From Deltaproteobacteria bacterium HGW-Deltaproteobacteria-22 (GTDB lineage Bacteria; Myxococcota_A; Polyangia; HGW-17), in the NCBI GenBank assembly GCA_002841825.1, contig PHAZ01000002.1:1-51731 (forward strand): 51,731 bases of DNA. The letters are read 5' to 3'. Made by a program: the position numbers and the translations under genes. Numbering within the stretch: the stretch's first letter is position 1; each line of letters starts with the position of its first letter. This document shows positions 7,340 through 17,240 of this stretch, one piece after another. The notes beneath the pieces were generated by a model. It worked only from the letters and a program-made list of their open reading frames with translations, ran no database searches and was not told the DNA's origin.

Positions 7340-9127
7340 TCACTGGCAGTCCGGGTCGTCGGCGTCGATGCGGCCGTCGACGTCGTCGTCGAGGCCGTTG
7401 AAGCAGAGTCTCTCGGTCAGGGGCACCGCCGGACACGAGACGGTCGGGGGGGGGCCCTGGTCCAGGTAGGGCCTTCGGGATATGACGATCTCGGCACCGC
7501 GCGAGGGTCCGTACCAGGGATGGGTGTCGGGTTCACACCCCTGGAACAGGGTATCCAGTGTGCAGGCGAGAGCACACTGCGGATTGTACTGGACGTGCCA
7601 GCATCGATAGAGCGGCAGGTCTGGATCCACGCGGGGCGGATGGCCGCCGGCATAATTTCCGGGACAGTGCTGCACCAAAACCTCCACCCCATTGGAATCG
7701 CGCTCCGAAACGGTGCAACCGGGCACGCAGCGCTCGGCGATCTCCGTCGGCAGGTCCGTTGTAGATCCCTCCCCGAACGCAAACGCGGGGTCCGGGCAGC
7801 CACGCAGGGGTTTGGAGAGGCAGGTGACGTCCTCGGCCAGCGTCCGCACGCGGTCAGCCAGACCCAGAAGGGCCGGGGTGAAATCCATCGCGCACAGGGA
7901 TGTGTACATCCAGAGGGTGTCTTCGGGTCGGTGCTCGAAAGACTCCACGAATGATTTCAGTCGCACCGCGGGCACGGCGCCCTGGCCGTCGTCGGGACTG
8001 ACGCTGCCGCAGGACGGCAGCAGCCTAGGGTTGTCATTGTCGTCGGTGCCGACGATCAGGGAATCTTCGTAAGGTCCGGCGATGGCGCCCACGATGATCA
8101 TGCTGGATTCCTTCAACTGGGACAAAGTGTTGGTGTACTCGGAGATCGGGTGCAGCATGTTCTTGGGATCGTTGGACTCGCGGGGGCGGCAGTGGGTGTA
8201 GGTCAGCTGGCCCTGGGGCATCACGCGCTGCCAGGGCTGGTCGCATTTCACACCGAACTCGGTGCAGCGGAAGGAGGTCAGCGGGCCCAGGGTGGAGTTG
8301 ATGTCGCCTTGGGGGTTGAACAGTTCAGCCTGCTTGGCGGAGCAGTCGTCCTCGTCGGAGAGGATGAAGATCGCCAGCATCGCGTCGTTGCGCATGAAGC
8401 CGCGATTTTCCGACGGGAGGCCGGTCAGCGCCTGCTTCAGTGCCTCCAGCGGCTGCTCCATGCCGCAGCCGTTGATGCCCGGCGCGGCCATGCACTGGAA
8501 GACTTCCTCGAGGGTCTGGTTGGTGTAGTTGCGGCAGCGCGGGCAGCCGCTTGGGTCGGTGGCGAACACCAGGTCGGCGGGCTCGGTGGCGACGCCGTCG
8601 AGGCCCGTGAAGGCGGCCACGTCGCAGTTGGCCTGTGTGCAGTCATGGCTGTCGCAGGTGGTGCCGGCATCTCCTGCGTTGGTCTTCCGGATCGTGCAGC
8701 CGCGGGGTTCCACGTCGACGACGTACTTCTGGTTGATCGGGTTCATACAGGAATCGTTGATGCCCTTCAGGAAGCGGCCGCCGTCGCCGCCGGGACGCTC
8801 GCAGCCCGGAATGTTGTAGGGCGAGGTGCCCAGATCCGGCGTGATGACGCCCATGTGCAAGTTGGGCAGGCCCCCGGAGATTTTGCGGAGGGCGCCAATC
8901 ATGGCAGGAAAATTGCGCTGCAGTTGGACCTGCTCGTCGGCCATGGACAGGGAGGTGTCGATCAAGAAGACGAGGTCGACGTTCCGCAGGAAGGGCCCCG
9001 GGATGGCACAGGCGTCCTCAATGGCATCCGGCGTTTCGTCCACGTGCACTAGCAGATCCGGTACGTTCATGCATCCGAACGCCAGCGCCGCGATCGCCAC
9101 TGCGAATGATAAATGTACGCCTTTCAT
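7340..9127 (-). CDS. Cys-rich vWA-like myxobacterial lipoprotein (paralog 2)
   Basis: Start MKGVHL with lipobox LAFGC, DLVFLIDTSLSMADEQ, LSDEDDCS. Collinear with 5232-7049. Confidence 0.85.
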   Translation of the reverse strand: MKGVHLSFAVAIAALAFGCMNVPDLLVHVDETPDAIEDACAIPGPFLRNVDLVFLIDTSLSMADEQVQLQRNFPAMIGALRKISGGLPNLHMGVITPDLGTSPYNIPGCERPGGDGGRFLKGINDSCMNPINQKYVVDVEPRGCTIRKTNAGDAGTTCDSHDCTQANCDVAAFTGLDGVATEPADLVFATDPSGCPRCRNYTNQTLEEVFQCMAAPGINGCGMEQPLEALKQALTGLPSENRGFMRNDAMLAIFILSDEDDCSAKQAELFNPQGDINSTLGPLTSFRCTEFGVKCDQPWQRVMPQGQLTYTHCRPRESNDPKNMLHPISEYTNTLSQLKESSMIIVGAIAGPYEDSLIVGTDDNDNPRLLPSCGSVSPDDGQGAVPAVRLKSFVESFEHRPEDTLWMYTSLCAMDFTPALLGLADRVRTLAEDVTCLSKPLRGCPDPAFAFGEGSTTDLPTEIAERCVPGCTVSERDSNGVEVLVQHCPGNYAGGHPPRVDPDLPLYRCWHVQYNPQCALACTLDTLFQGCEPDTHPWYGPSRGAEIVISRRPYLDQGPPPTVSCPAVPLTERLCFNGLDDDVDGRIDADDPDCQ

Positions 9128-9335
9128 GACCGCCCTCCGATTCTGGTGTTGAAACTGCGCCATCTTTCCGACCCTGGAAAGATGTGGCTATTGTTAATAT
9201 ACTGTAACCAACAACAAATTCAAGCCAGTGTTTTCATTTTTTTCTTCTCAACACCACCCAGGGTGCTACCCGGGGTGGTGGAGGTGGTGTATACTGAATC
9301 GTTCGCCCTGATGCACCGGCGGCAAGGAGGTTCTC

Positions 9336-11111
9336 ATGATGAGGAACTGGATAGGAACTGGACTGTTGGTTTTGATATTTATTTTTTCGACCGGTTGTGA
9401 CGAGAAGGCGAAGAAAAAATACACCTCCTGCGACCCGGCCGAGGCCGGCGCCTGTGGGGACACAGGTGCTTGCGTCGCCATCGAGGGCGGTAGCCACGTC
9501 TGCCTGGACATCTGTGATCCGGCCGTGGCCGGCGCCTGCGGCGAGGATCTGACGTGCCTGCCGGCCAAGGACACGTTCGTGTGCTATCCGGCCTGCGATC
9601 CGACCGACGCCGCGGCCTGCGGCGACGGGTGGACCTGCGTCGCCTACGCGACCGACGCGGGCAAGTGCCAGCAGGAATGCGACATGGAGGCGCCCGCCTG
9701 TGACCCGCCCGAGGCCGTGTGCGTGCCCTACGGGGACGGCGCGGTGTGCTCGGCGCCCTGCGATCCCGTGAACCAGGACGCGTGCCCGGCGGGCCTGACC
9801 TGCGAGCTGCGCACCGATGACCTGTACGCCTGCTATGAGCCGGTGTGGTTCGACGGCCGGGTGTCCGACGCCAGCGACGACGAGGACATCGAGGGCGCGC
9901 GCGTGCTGGCTGCCGATTCCACGGGCGCCGCGGCCACCTCGGTTGCCCTGTCCGGCATCGACGGCCGCTACAGCCTGCAGGTGCCCGTCAAGCGCAACGC
10001 CGACGGCACCCTGGCCGAGGGCGTCTTCACCCTGCGCGCCGCGGCCCAGGACTACCAGCAGTTCCCGGCCGGGATCCGGCCCTCGCTGCCCGTCGACGCC
10101 AGCGACGCCGTGCCGTCCGCCGATGGCTGGCACCTGGCCTCGGCGCTGACCAACATCACCCTGATCCCGCTGCCCGTCGAGGAGCAGGGGCTGTCCTCGG
10201 TGAGCGGCCGGGTCGTGATCACCACCGGCGAGGTCACCGGCGGCGGCGTGCTGCTGGTGCTCGAGACCGACGCCAACGCCGGCGAGGCGCCCTTCGGCTT
10301 CTCGGACCGCGAAGGCTGGTTCACCCTGTTCAACGTCCCCGACGACACCTATGTGTTGCGCGGCTACAAGGCCGACCTGCAGTTGAACTCGCTGGACGTG
10401 ACCATGGCCGCGGCCCCGGTCGTCGACCTGGAGGTCACCCAGAGCGACACGCCGCTCAGCTCGGTCAGCGGCTCGGTGCAGATCGTCAACGCGCCGGGCG
10501 GCTCGCTGACCACCGTGGTGCTGGTGCCCGAGTCCACCTTCAGTGACACGTTCGTCAAGGGCGAGGTGCCCGCGGGCCTGCGCGCGCCGAAACCCCCCGC
10601 AGCGCCCTCGATTGCGGGCGGGTTCACCATCACCGGCGTCCCCGATGGTCGCTACGTGGTGCTGGCCGCCTTCGAGAACGACGGGCTCGTGCGCGATCCC
10701 GATCCGAACATCGCCGGCACCCAGATCGTGCACATCGTGGTCGACGGCGCCACTGCCACCGAGGTGACCCTGGACGACTCCTTCAAGGTGACCGAGGCCC
10801 TCGAGATCATCTATCCGGGCGCGCTGGGCCCCGAGTTGGTGGACCCCGTGGGCCTGGAGTTCACCTGGGTTGACGACTCCTCCGAGGACGGCTACCACAT
10901 CGTGGTCTACAACGCCTACGGCGAGCTGGTCTGGGAGGACGACGCGGTGCCGAGCGTGTCGTCGGGCGACGTGGTCGTGCCCTATGCCGGTCCCGAGCTG
11001 GTGCCTGGCATGTACTACCAGTTCCGCGCCTGGTCGATGCGCAACGGCGGCGCGATCTCCACCACCGAGGACCTGCTCGGGGTGTTCTACACCGAGCCCC
11101 TGGTGCAGTAG
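9336..11111 (+). CDS. lipoprotein with ~5 Cys-rich CDPxxxxAC repeats and carboxypeptidase-regulatory-like (beta-sandwich) domains
   Basis: AAGGAGG SD, lipobox FSTGC, repeats CDPAEAGACG/CDPAVAGACG/CDPTDAAACG, GRVSDA...IEGARV...DGRYSL and GxFTxxxVPDGxYxL motifs. Confidence 0.8.
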   Translation: MMRNWIGTGLLVLIFIFSTGCDEKAKKKYTSCDPAEAGACGDTGACVAIEGGSHVCLDICDPAVAGACGEDLTCLPAKDTFVCYPACDPTDAAACGDGWTCVAYATDAGKCQQECDMEAPACDPPEAVCVPYGDGAVCSAPCDPVNQDACPAGLTCELRTDDLYACYEPVWFDGRVSDASDDEDIEGARVLAADSTGAAATSVALSGIDGRYSLQVPVKRNADGTLAEGVFTLRAAAQDYQQFPAGIRPSLPVDASDAVPSADGWHLASALTNITLIPLPVEEQGLSSVSGRVVITTGEVTGGGVLLVLETDANAGEAPFGFSDREGWFTLFNVPDDTYVLRGYKADLQLNSLDVTMAAAPVVDLEVTQSDTPLSSVSGSVQIVNAPGGSLTTVVLVPESTFSDTFVKGEVPAGLRAPKPPAAPSIAGGFTITGVPDGRYVVLAAFENDGLVRDPDPNIAGTQIVHIVVDGATATEVTLDDSFKVTEALEIIYPGALGPELVDPVGLEFTWVDDSSEDGYHIVVYNAYGELVWEDDAVPSVSSGDVVVPYAGPELVPGMYYQFRAWSMRNGGAISTTEDLLGVFYTEPLVQ

Positions 11112-11135
11112 CCCTCTTCCGCGGTGCTTCTCTTT

Positions 11136-11696
11136 CTAGTCACAGGGGTACAGGACGTTGCGACGGACCGTCTCGACGACGTTGTCGCCCTGCAGCCGGG
11201 CCAGGATCGCCGCCGAGAACTCGAAGGCCGTGCCCGGCGCGCGGCTCGTGATCACCGGCCCCGACACCACCACGCGATCCTGCGAGTACTTGCGCGCCAA
11301 CCGGGCGTGGAAGCGCTCCTCCACCCCCGGATGGGAGGTGAACGCGGTCACGTCCTCGAGGATCCCGGCCTGTTCGAGCACCAGGGGTGCGGCGCAGATC
11401 GCGCAGACCCACGCGCCCTTCTCGTAGTGGCGCTTCACCAGCCTGAGCACCAGCTCGTTGCGCAGGAAGTGCTCCACGCCGGGCAGGCCGCCGGGCAGGA
11501 TCAGCGCATCGGCGGTCATGCTCTCGTCGAGGACCGCGTCGGGCTGCAGCACGATCGATCGCGCGCCGCGGATCATGCCCGGCGCGAGGCTGGCCAGGGT
11601 CACCTCCACACCGCCGCGGCGCAGCAGGTTCAGGGGGATGACGATCTCCATCTCTTCGGATCCATCGGCGCACAGGATCAGGGCTCTGGGTTTCAT
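11136..11696 (-). CDS. DJ-1/PfpI (YajL/ThiJ-like) family protein
   Basis: ADGSEEMEI, LILPGGLPG, AICAAP (catalytic Cys), ITSRAPGTAFEF. GGAGGT SD. Confidence 0.9.
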   Translation of the reverse strand: MKPRALILCADGSEEMEIVIPLNLLRRGGVEVTLASLAPGMIRGARSIVLQPDAVLDESMTADALILPGGLPGVEHFLRNELVLRLVKRHYEKGAWVCAICAAPLVLEQAGILEDVTAFTSHPGVEERFHARLARKYSQDRVVVSGPVITSRAPGTAFEFSAAILARLQGDNVVETVRRNVLYPCD

Positions 11697-11734
11697 GGCA
11701 GGACCTCCCTTTGGAAATGTGGTCAACAGAAGTA

Positions 11735-12097
11735 TTACCGCAGATTGGCGTCGGAGGACAGCTCCACGATCGCCTTGAGCATCCGGTCGGGCATGGAGAG
11801 GAATTTCAGGCCGCAGGCGGTGGCGTCGGTGTTGCGCGGCACGAACCAGCGGACCTCCACGGGGACCGGGGACGGCTCGACCCCCGGCAGGGAGAGCAGG
11901 CACTCGAACTGATCCCCGAGGCCGGCCTGCCCGGGAAACACCACGAACATGCCGCCGAGGCTGAGGTTGTGGATCTCCCCGGCGGTGTCGTTCCCGCCCG
12001 AGCGCACGACCACCGGCAGTTTCACGGCGAAGCGCTTGTGGGCGCGGCGGCTCTTCTGCAGAAAGGAAATCGCGTTGTCGAGTTCGCGCGTGCTCAT
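11735..12097 (-). CDS. PilZ domain (c-di-GMP receptor) protein
   Basis: RxxxR (RRAHKR) and (D/N)xSxxG (NLSLGG) motifs, VEVRW, GLKF. ATGA overlap with the upstream gene. Confidence 0.85.
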   Translation of the reverse strand: MSTRELDNAISFLQKSRRAHKRFAVKLPVVVRSGGNDTAGEIHNLSLGGMFVVFPGQAGLGDQFECLLSLPGVEPSPVPVEVRWFVPRNTDATACGLKFLSMPDRMLKAIVELSSDANLR

Positions 12098-13794
12098 TTG
12101 CGCACCTCTTTCTCCAGGACGGTGATCTTCAGGTTGCCCAGGCTCTCGAGCCATTCCATGTCGTCGGTGGCGCCCATCATCAGGTGGGTGACGTCGGCGG
12201 GCATCTGCTTCCAGGTCGGATCCACGTCGATCCAGCGCCCCACCCATACCTGGGTCCAGGCGTGGTAGCCCAGCCCCTCCAGGCAGGAGTCGGTGCCGCA
12301 CATGCGGACGTAGCCGACGCCGCCGACCTGGCGTGCGGGGAAGCCCAGGGCGCGGAACAGCGCCGTGGCCAGGATCGAGTGCTCGGTGCAGTCGCCCTTC
12401 CTGAGCTGGACCACCATCCGGGCGCTCTCCACGTCGGAGCGCAGCGTGTCCTCGACGTAGTCGCCCACGAACAGCGTGACCGCGCGCAGGATCTCCACCG
12501 GCGTTTTGGCGCCGCCGACGGCCTGCCCGGCCAGCTTGATCACGCCCGGGTCGTCGCTCTCGACGTTGGGCTCGGACTTCAGGTACTTCTTCACGTCCGC
12601 CGGGAGCGTCGCGGGATCGGGCTTCTGGAGGTTGTCGATGGTGTCCACGCTGAGGGTCAGTTTCTTCCCCTTGGCGGTGTCGAGTTGATAGCGGTGGGTG
12701 TTGAGGAAATCGGGATTGGGGAAGGGGCCGTTGAGCTCGAGGACCAGCTTGGTGATCGACGCAGCGGGCGTGCCTCCCAGCGGCAGCGGGATCACCGCGG
12801 ACAGGCCGGTGTCGATCTCCGCGCCCATGCCGGCGGCGGCCTTGTCCTTGTCCTCGCGGCGCATCTCGATGGCGCCGATCTTGCTCACCTCGATGAAGCC
12901 CAGCTCGTTGAACACGGAGACCACGCGGGACTTGGGGTTGTCGGAGACCGTCTCGACGACGGTGAAGGGACGGGTCTTGCCGTCGACCCTGCGCTCGGAG
13001 CGGCTCACGACGCGCCCGACCTCGTGGGCGACGGTGACCTCGGTGCTCATGAACTTGCGCGCCCGCCAGGAGCGGGTGGCGTTCCAGGTCTTCGGATCCC
13101 GCGAGATGGTCAGGGAGAAGGCCAGGTCGCTCTCGGACAGGCCGCCCAGGGGGCGGTCGGGGGTGTAGGTCTGCAGCGGCGCAGGGGTCTGGCCGGCCGC
13201 GACGCTCTCGACGGTGGCCTGGTGGGAACCATCGGGCTGGCGCCGCAGCGTGACCGTCCGCTTGACGTGATCGGCCGTCTGGAGGGTGACGTGCTCGAGG
13301 AGCGCGCCCTCGCCGGCACCGTCATAGGTGGAGGTGGTGCTGATGACCATGGTCTTTTTTCCGCCCAGCACGTTCATCTCCATGTGGAACTGCTGCACCT
13401 GGAGGACGCGGGGCCCTTCAGGCGTGTCCTTGACGGACCAGGCGTTGCTCATGTAGCCGACCTTCTGGTTCATCACGTAGACGCCGTACCAGGTCTCGGT
13501 GCCCAGGAGCGGAACGGCCGCCTTCACGTCGGCCACCGGGACGGCCAGCAGCGGGACCTCCGGGATCTTCGCGAAGTCCAGCGGTGCGGTTCCTTCGGGC
13601 AGGGCAGGCACGGGCAGGCCCTCGGCCGCATCCCCGCCCGGAGCTGGCGGCTGTGCGCCCATGTCCGGTGTCATCTCGGTGCCCATGGGGTTGGGCGTTT
13701 CACCCGCCGGATCCTTTTTGGTCCGGACCGGGCTGCAGTGGTTGAAGAGAATCAGGAGAAGGAACGTCAGCGGGAGGAGGCGGGGGGAGATCAT
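12094..13794 (-). CDS. exported transglutaminase-like domain protein
   Basis: Signal/lipoprotein-like N-terminus, ETWYGVY..QKVGY domain, catalytic GDCTEHS, YHAW, WIDVDPT triad. Confidence 0.85.
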   Translation of the reverse strand: MISPRLLPLTFLLLILFNHCSPVRTKKDPAGETPNPMGTEMTPDMGAQPPAPGGDAAEGLPVPALPEGTAPLDFAKIPEVPLLAVPVADVKAAVPLLGTETWYGVYVMNQKVGYMSNAWSVKDTPEGPRVLQVQQFHMEMNVLGGKKTMVISTTSTYDGAGEGALLEHVTLQTADHVKRTVTLRRQPDGSHQATVESVAAGQTPAPLQTYTPDRPLGGLSESDLAFSLTISRDPKTWNATRSWRARKFMSTEVTVAHEVGRVVSRSERRVDGKTRPFTVVETVSDNPKSRVVSVFNELGFIEVSKIGAIEMRREDKDKAAAGMGAEIDTGLSAVIPLPLGGTPAASITKLVLELNGPFPNPDFLNTHRYQLDTAKGKKLTLSVDTIDNLQKPDPATLPADVKKYLKSEPNVESDDPGVIKLAGQAVGGAKTPVEILRAVTLFVGDYVEDTLRSDVESARMVVQLRKGDCTEHSILATALFRALGFPARQVGGVGYVRMCGTDSCLEGLGYHAWTQVWVGRWIDVDPTWKQMPADVTHLMMGATDDMEWLESLGNLKITVLEKEVRK

Positions 13795-15068
13795 TTTTTC
13801 GCCGCAATCGCGTTGAGCTGGGCTTCAAGATCCACATTGAAAGCCTTCTTGGCGGCTTCCAGCGAGGCCTTGAGCTCGGCCTGAACGGCGGAGACCTCGC
13901 CGGCCTTGCCCTGATCGTACAGTTCCAGGATCTTCCAGACCTTGGGCATCGCGTCGCACATGGCGCGACCGGCCTTCTCGGCGGCATCCAGGTATTCCTT
14001 CAGTTGCTTGGAGTCCTTGAACTCCTCGAGGTCGTCGTGCTTGTCGATCATCTCCTGCGCGATCTTGCGGAACTGCTCGGTCACGTCGGTGTTGCAGCCG
14101 GTGCCCCAGTCACGAAGCTCCTTGGACATGGCTTCGCCGAACCAGGCCGGCACCACGGCCTCGAACTTGCCGTACTGCTTGTTGCCGCCCTGGGGATCGG
14201 TCTGCGCCATCTTGGTGCCGTGCATCATGATGTGCGTGTCGCTGCTGCGCAGGCTGTACTGCTTGAAGCGTCCGTTGATGGCCTTGATGGGCTCGGGAGC
14301 CTTGCTCAGAAAACTCATGTAGATGAGGAAGACATCCTTGGCCTCGCCCCAGTTCTCGATGAGCGTCTCCGAGGTGGGGAAGGAGAAGTCCGTCAGGGCC
14401 TTCATCGACTGGCCCTCGATGGCGACCCTGCCGAAGTTGCGGGCGCTGCCGAACAGGCCGCCGCTCTGGAAGCGGGTCTCGAGCTTGATCTTCATGTCCG
14501 CCTTCGAGGCCAGGTCGACGATCTGCAGGGGGCACAGGTACCAGTCCTCGCCCGTGGTGGGGGAGCCCGAGCCGGGTTCGATCAGGGACTTCCAGTTGTC
14601 GCCCTTGAGCACGATCGAGGTCAGGAAGTTGTAACCGACCTCCTGGTAGGGTTTGCAGGTCTTCTGGAAGAAGTTCTCGGCCTTGGCGACCACCGCCTTG
14701 TTGAGGTTCTTCAGCGCGGGGACCAGCTTCGGGCTGATGCCGCCCTTGGTCTTGTCGTCGGCACCGCCGCCACCGCCGCCGCCGCGCCCGAACAGGAAGA
14801 AGGCGCCGCCGCCGAGCAACAAGAGGACCACCACGACGATGGCCACCGTGTGGTGGGTCTTCTTCACCGGAGCCGCCGCCGCCGCCTGGGCGCTCTGCAT
14901 CGCGGCGATGGTCGGGTCGACATAGACGTAGTCCTGGGGAAGCGCTTCGGGTTCAGGCGCCGGGGTTTCTTCGGGCTCGGGCAGGACGTGGAAGCAGAAC
15001 GGGCAGGTTTCGACCGCCCTGCGGTTTGCCTTCGAGACCAATTCGTAACAATGTGAGCAAGTAACCAT
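13791..15068 (-). CDS. hypothetical membrane protein with N-terminal zinc ribbon
   Basis: CxxC...CxxC (CSHC, CPFC), Pro/Ala linker, one TM (VAIVVVVLLLLGGGAFFLF), large extracytoplasmic domain. GGAGG SD. Confidence 0.75.
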   Translation of the reverse strand: MVTCSHCYELVSKANRRAVETCPFCFHVLPEPEETPAPEPEALPQDYVYVDPTIAAMQSAQAAAAAPVKKTHHTVAIVVVVLLLLGGGAFFLFGRGGGGGGGADDKTKGGISPKLVPALKNLNKAVVAKAENFFQKTCKPYQEVGYNFLTSIVLKGDNWKSLIEPGSGSPTTGEDWYLCPLQIVDLASKADMKIKLETRFQSGGLFGSARNFGRVAIEGQSMKALTDFSFPTSETLIENWGEAKDVFLIYMSFLSKAPEPIKAINGRFKQYSLRSSDTHIMMHGTKMAQTDPQGGNKQYGKFEAVVPAWFGEAMSKELRDWGTGCNTDVTEQFRKIAQEMIDKHDDLEEFKDSKQLKEYLDAAEKAGRAMCDAMPKVWKILELYDQGKAGEVSAVQAELKASLEAAKKAFNVDLEAQLNAIAAKK

Positions 15069-15242
15069 AGGACAAGACCTCCAGAAAGACGGCCACGTAT
15101 ATACCACAGGCGGGCCGCGACTTTCCAGCAAAAACACAGGCTGCCGGGGATGGGCGATAATATGATTGATTTCAGTCACCTTCAAGAATTCGATCCCCCT
15201 TTGAAACGGGAATCAACTCTGCTATATATGCATCAGCTTGGC

Positions 15243-15303
15243 GCCGGGAATTTTGGTTGAACCCGGCTCTTAACCGCTTTTACCTTCTTTTCAACCAATG
15301 GAG
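15243..15303 (+). promoter_or_regulatory. candidate pseudoknot in metK leader
   Basis: GCCGGG/CCCGGC stem (15243-48/15262-67). Loop TTGGTTGAA (15253-61) is the exact complement of TTCAACCAA (15290-98), next to the SD GGAG (15300-03). Confidence 0.4.
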
Positions 15304-15309
15304 ATCCCG

Positions 15310-16476
15310 ATGAGTTCCTATCTGTTCACTTCCGAATCCGTCACCGAAGGACATCCCGACAAGGTGTGCGACGCCGTCTCCGATTCCATCCTGGATCATA
15401 TCCTGGAGAACGATCCGACGGCCCGCGTCGCCTGCGAGGCCATCACCAAGACCGGCGTGGTCTTCATCGCCGGTGAAATCACCACTTCCTGCTATGTGCA
15501 CTTCCCCGATCTCGTGCGCGAGACCGTGAAGAACATCGGTTACACCGACGCGAAGATGGGCTTCGACTACGAGACCTGCGCCGTGATCTCGGCCATCGAG
15601 CAGCAGAGCCCGGACATTGCCCAGGGTGTCGAGGGCCATGGAGCCTACGAGACCGACGACCAGGGCGCCGGCGACCAGGGCATGATGTTCGGCTACGCCT
15701 CCGACGAGACGCCCGAGCTGATGCCGCTGCCGATCATGACCGCCCACCATCTGGCCAAGCGCCTGGCCGAGGTCCGCAAGAGCGGCCTGCTGCCCTTCCT
15801 GCGTCCCGACGGCAAGACCCAGGTGTCGGTCAACTACGTGGACGACCGGCCCGTGGACATCGCCACCATCGTGGTGTCCTCCCAGCACGATCCCGACGTG
15901 TCGCACAAGCAGCTCGAGGAGGCCATCATCGAGGAGGTCGTCCGCAAGGTGATCCCGGCCGACCGGCTGGCCCGTGACGTGCGCTTCCTGATCAACCCGA
16001 CGGGCCGCTTCGTCATCGGCGGACCCATGGGCGATTCGGGCCTGACCGGCCGCAAGATCATCGTCGACACCTATGGCGGCATGGCCCGTCACGGCGGCGG
16101 CGCGTTCTCGGGCAAGGATCCGTCCAAGGTCGACCGTTCCGCCTGCTACTATGCCCGTTACATCGCCAAGAACCTCGTGGCCGCGGGCCTGGCCAGCCGC
16201 TGCGAGGTGCAGGTGGCGTACGCCATCGGCGTGGCGCACCCCGTGTCCCTGATGGTGCAGACCTTCGGCACCGGCCGCCTCCCCGACGAGAAGATCTCGC
16301 AGATCGTCGGCCAGGTCTTCGACTGCCGGCCCGCCGCCATCATCAAGCAGCTGGACCTGCTGAAGCCCCGCTACATGGCCACCTCCGCGTATGGTCACTT
16401 CGGCCGCAACGAGCCCTCCTTCACCTGGGAGAAGACCGACCGCGTCGAGGCGATCAAGGCCGCGGCCGGCCTGTAG
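15310..16476 (+). CDS. metK: S-adenosylmethionine synthetase
   Basis: [41 protein letters not shown]. Confidence 0.98.
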   Translation: MSSYLFTSESVTEGHPDKVCDAVSDSILDHILENDPTARVACEAITKTGVVFIAGEITTSCYVHFPDLVRETVKNIGYTDAKMGFDYETCAVISAIEQQSPDIAQGVEGHGAYETDDQGAGDQGMMFGYASDETPELMPLPIMTAHHLAKRLAEVRKSGLLPFLRPDGKTQVSVNYVDDRPVDIATIVVSSQHDPDVSHKQLEEAIIEEVVRKVIPADRLARDVRFLINPTGRFVIGGPMGDSGLTGRKIIVDTYGGMARHGGGAFSGKDPSKVDRSACYYARYIAKNLVAAGLASRCEVQVAYAIGVAHPVSLMVQTFGTGRLPDEKISQIVGQVFDCRPAAIIKQLDLLKPRYMATSAYGHFGRNEPSFTWEKTDRVEAIKAAAGL

Positions 16477-16483
16477 GAACGGG

Positions 16484-16993
16484 ATGCGCTTCCTGTCGCT
16501 GCTCGCGGCGCTGTGGATGCTGCAGTCCTGCGCAGGTTCCACGCCGCTTCAACAACGCTGCGCCGAGGGGCACAGGCACCTCGACGACCAGCAGTGGGAT
16601 CGCGCCGAGCGCTCCTATGATCGCGCCCTGAAGCTCTCACCCGGGTACGGACCCGCGCTGGTCGGCCGGGCCTCGGCCCGCATCGGGCTGAACCGCTATG
16701 CCGAAGCGCTGTCGGACGTCGACGCGGCGCTGGCGGGCTCTCCCGACCGGCTGGAGTGGCGGTCCCGCCGGGGCGTGCTGCTGCATGCCCTGGGACGGTA
16801 TGAGGAGGCCCTCGTGGAGCTCGACCGGGTGCTCGCCAGGTCGCCAAACCACGCCGCGTCCTTGACCGGCAGGGCCATGACCTATCTCCGGCTGAAGCGC
16901 TGTCCCGAGGCCATGCGCGACCTCAGGCGGGCCCGCCGGCTGGGGGTTCCCATTCCGGATTCCTGGCTGCAGACCTGCCCTGACCTGAAGTAA
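16484..16993 (+). CDS. TPR-repeat lipoprotein
   Basis: Lipobox LQSC and 3-4 TPRs (A..SYDRALKLSP, GRYEEAL..LDRVL). Confidence 0.8.
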   Translation: MRFLSLLAALWMLQSCAGSTPLQQRCAEGHRHLDDQQWDRAERSYDRALKLSPGYGPALVGRASARIGLNRYAEALSDVDAALAGSPDRLEWRSRRGVLLHALGRYEEALVELDRVLARSPNHAASLTGRAMTYLRLKRCPEAMRDLRRARRLGVPIPDSWLQTCPDLK

Positions 16994-17036
16994 CGAAACC
17001 GGATCCTGCAAGCCGGGATCCACTGGAGTTGTACCC

Positions 17037-17240
17037 ATGATCCACGTCGATTTGGAGCAGATCAAGTCCCGGGTGCTGGTGCGCGCGCTCGATGTCGTCA
17101 ACGATCCCCGCGTCATGAAGGTGCTCAGCCATCCCCGCGTGATGCAGGCCGTCTCCAAGGGCATCGAGCTCAAGGAGAAGGTCGACGCCACGATCCGCAT
17201 CTGGAAGGATGGCGCCGATTCCCAGGATCCCAACGAATAG
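17037..17240 (+). CDS. small hypothetical protein
   Basis: GGAG SD, GC3-biased codons, internal DPRVMK/HPRVMQ repeat. Confidence 0.65.
   Translation: MIHVDLEQIKSRVLVRALDVVNDPRVMKVLSHPRVMQAVSKGIELKEKVDATIRIWKDGADSQDPNE

Noticed and set aside
5962-8275. DGR template/variable repeat pair between the paralogs
   Set aside because: Both copies are coding, mismatches are not adenine-specific, and no reverse transcriptase is in the window.
15190-15309. Canonical SAM-I riboswitch before metK
   Set aside because: The leader is too short and lacks the ATC-AGAG, GCAACC and GTGC core motifs.
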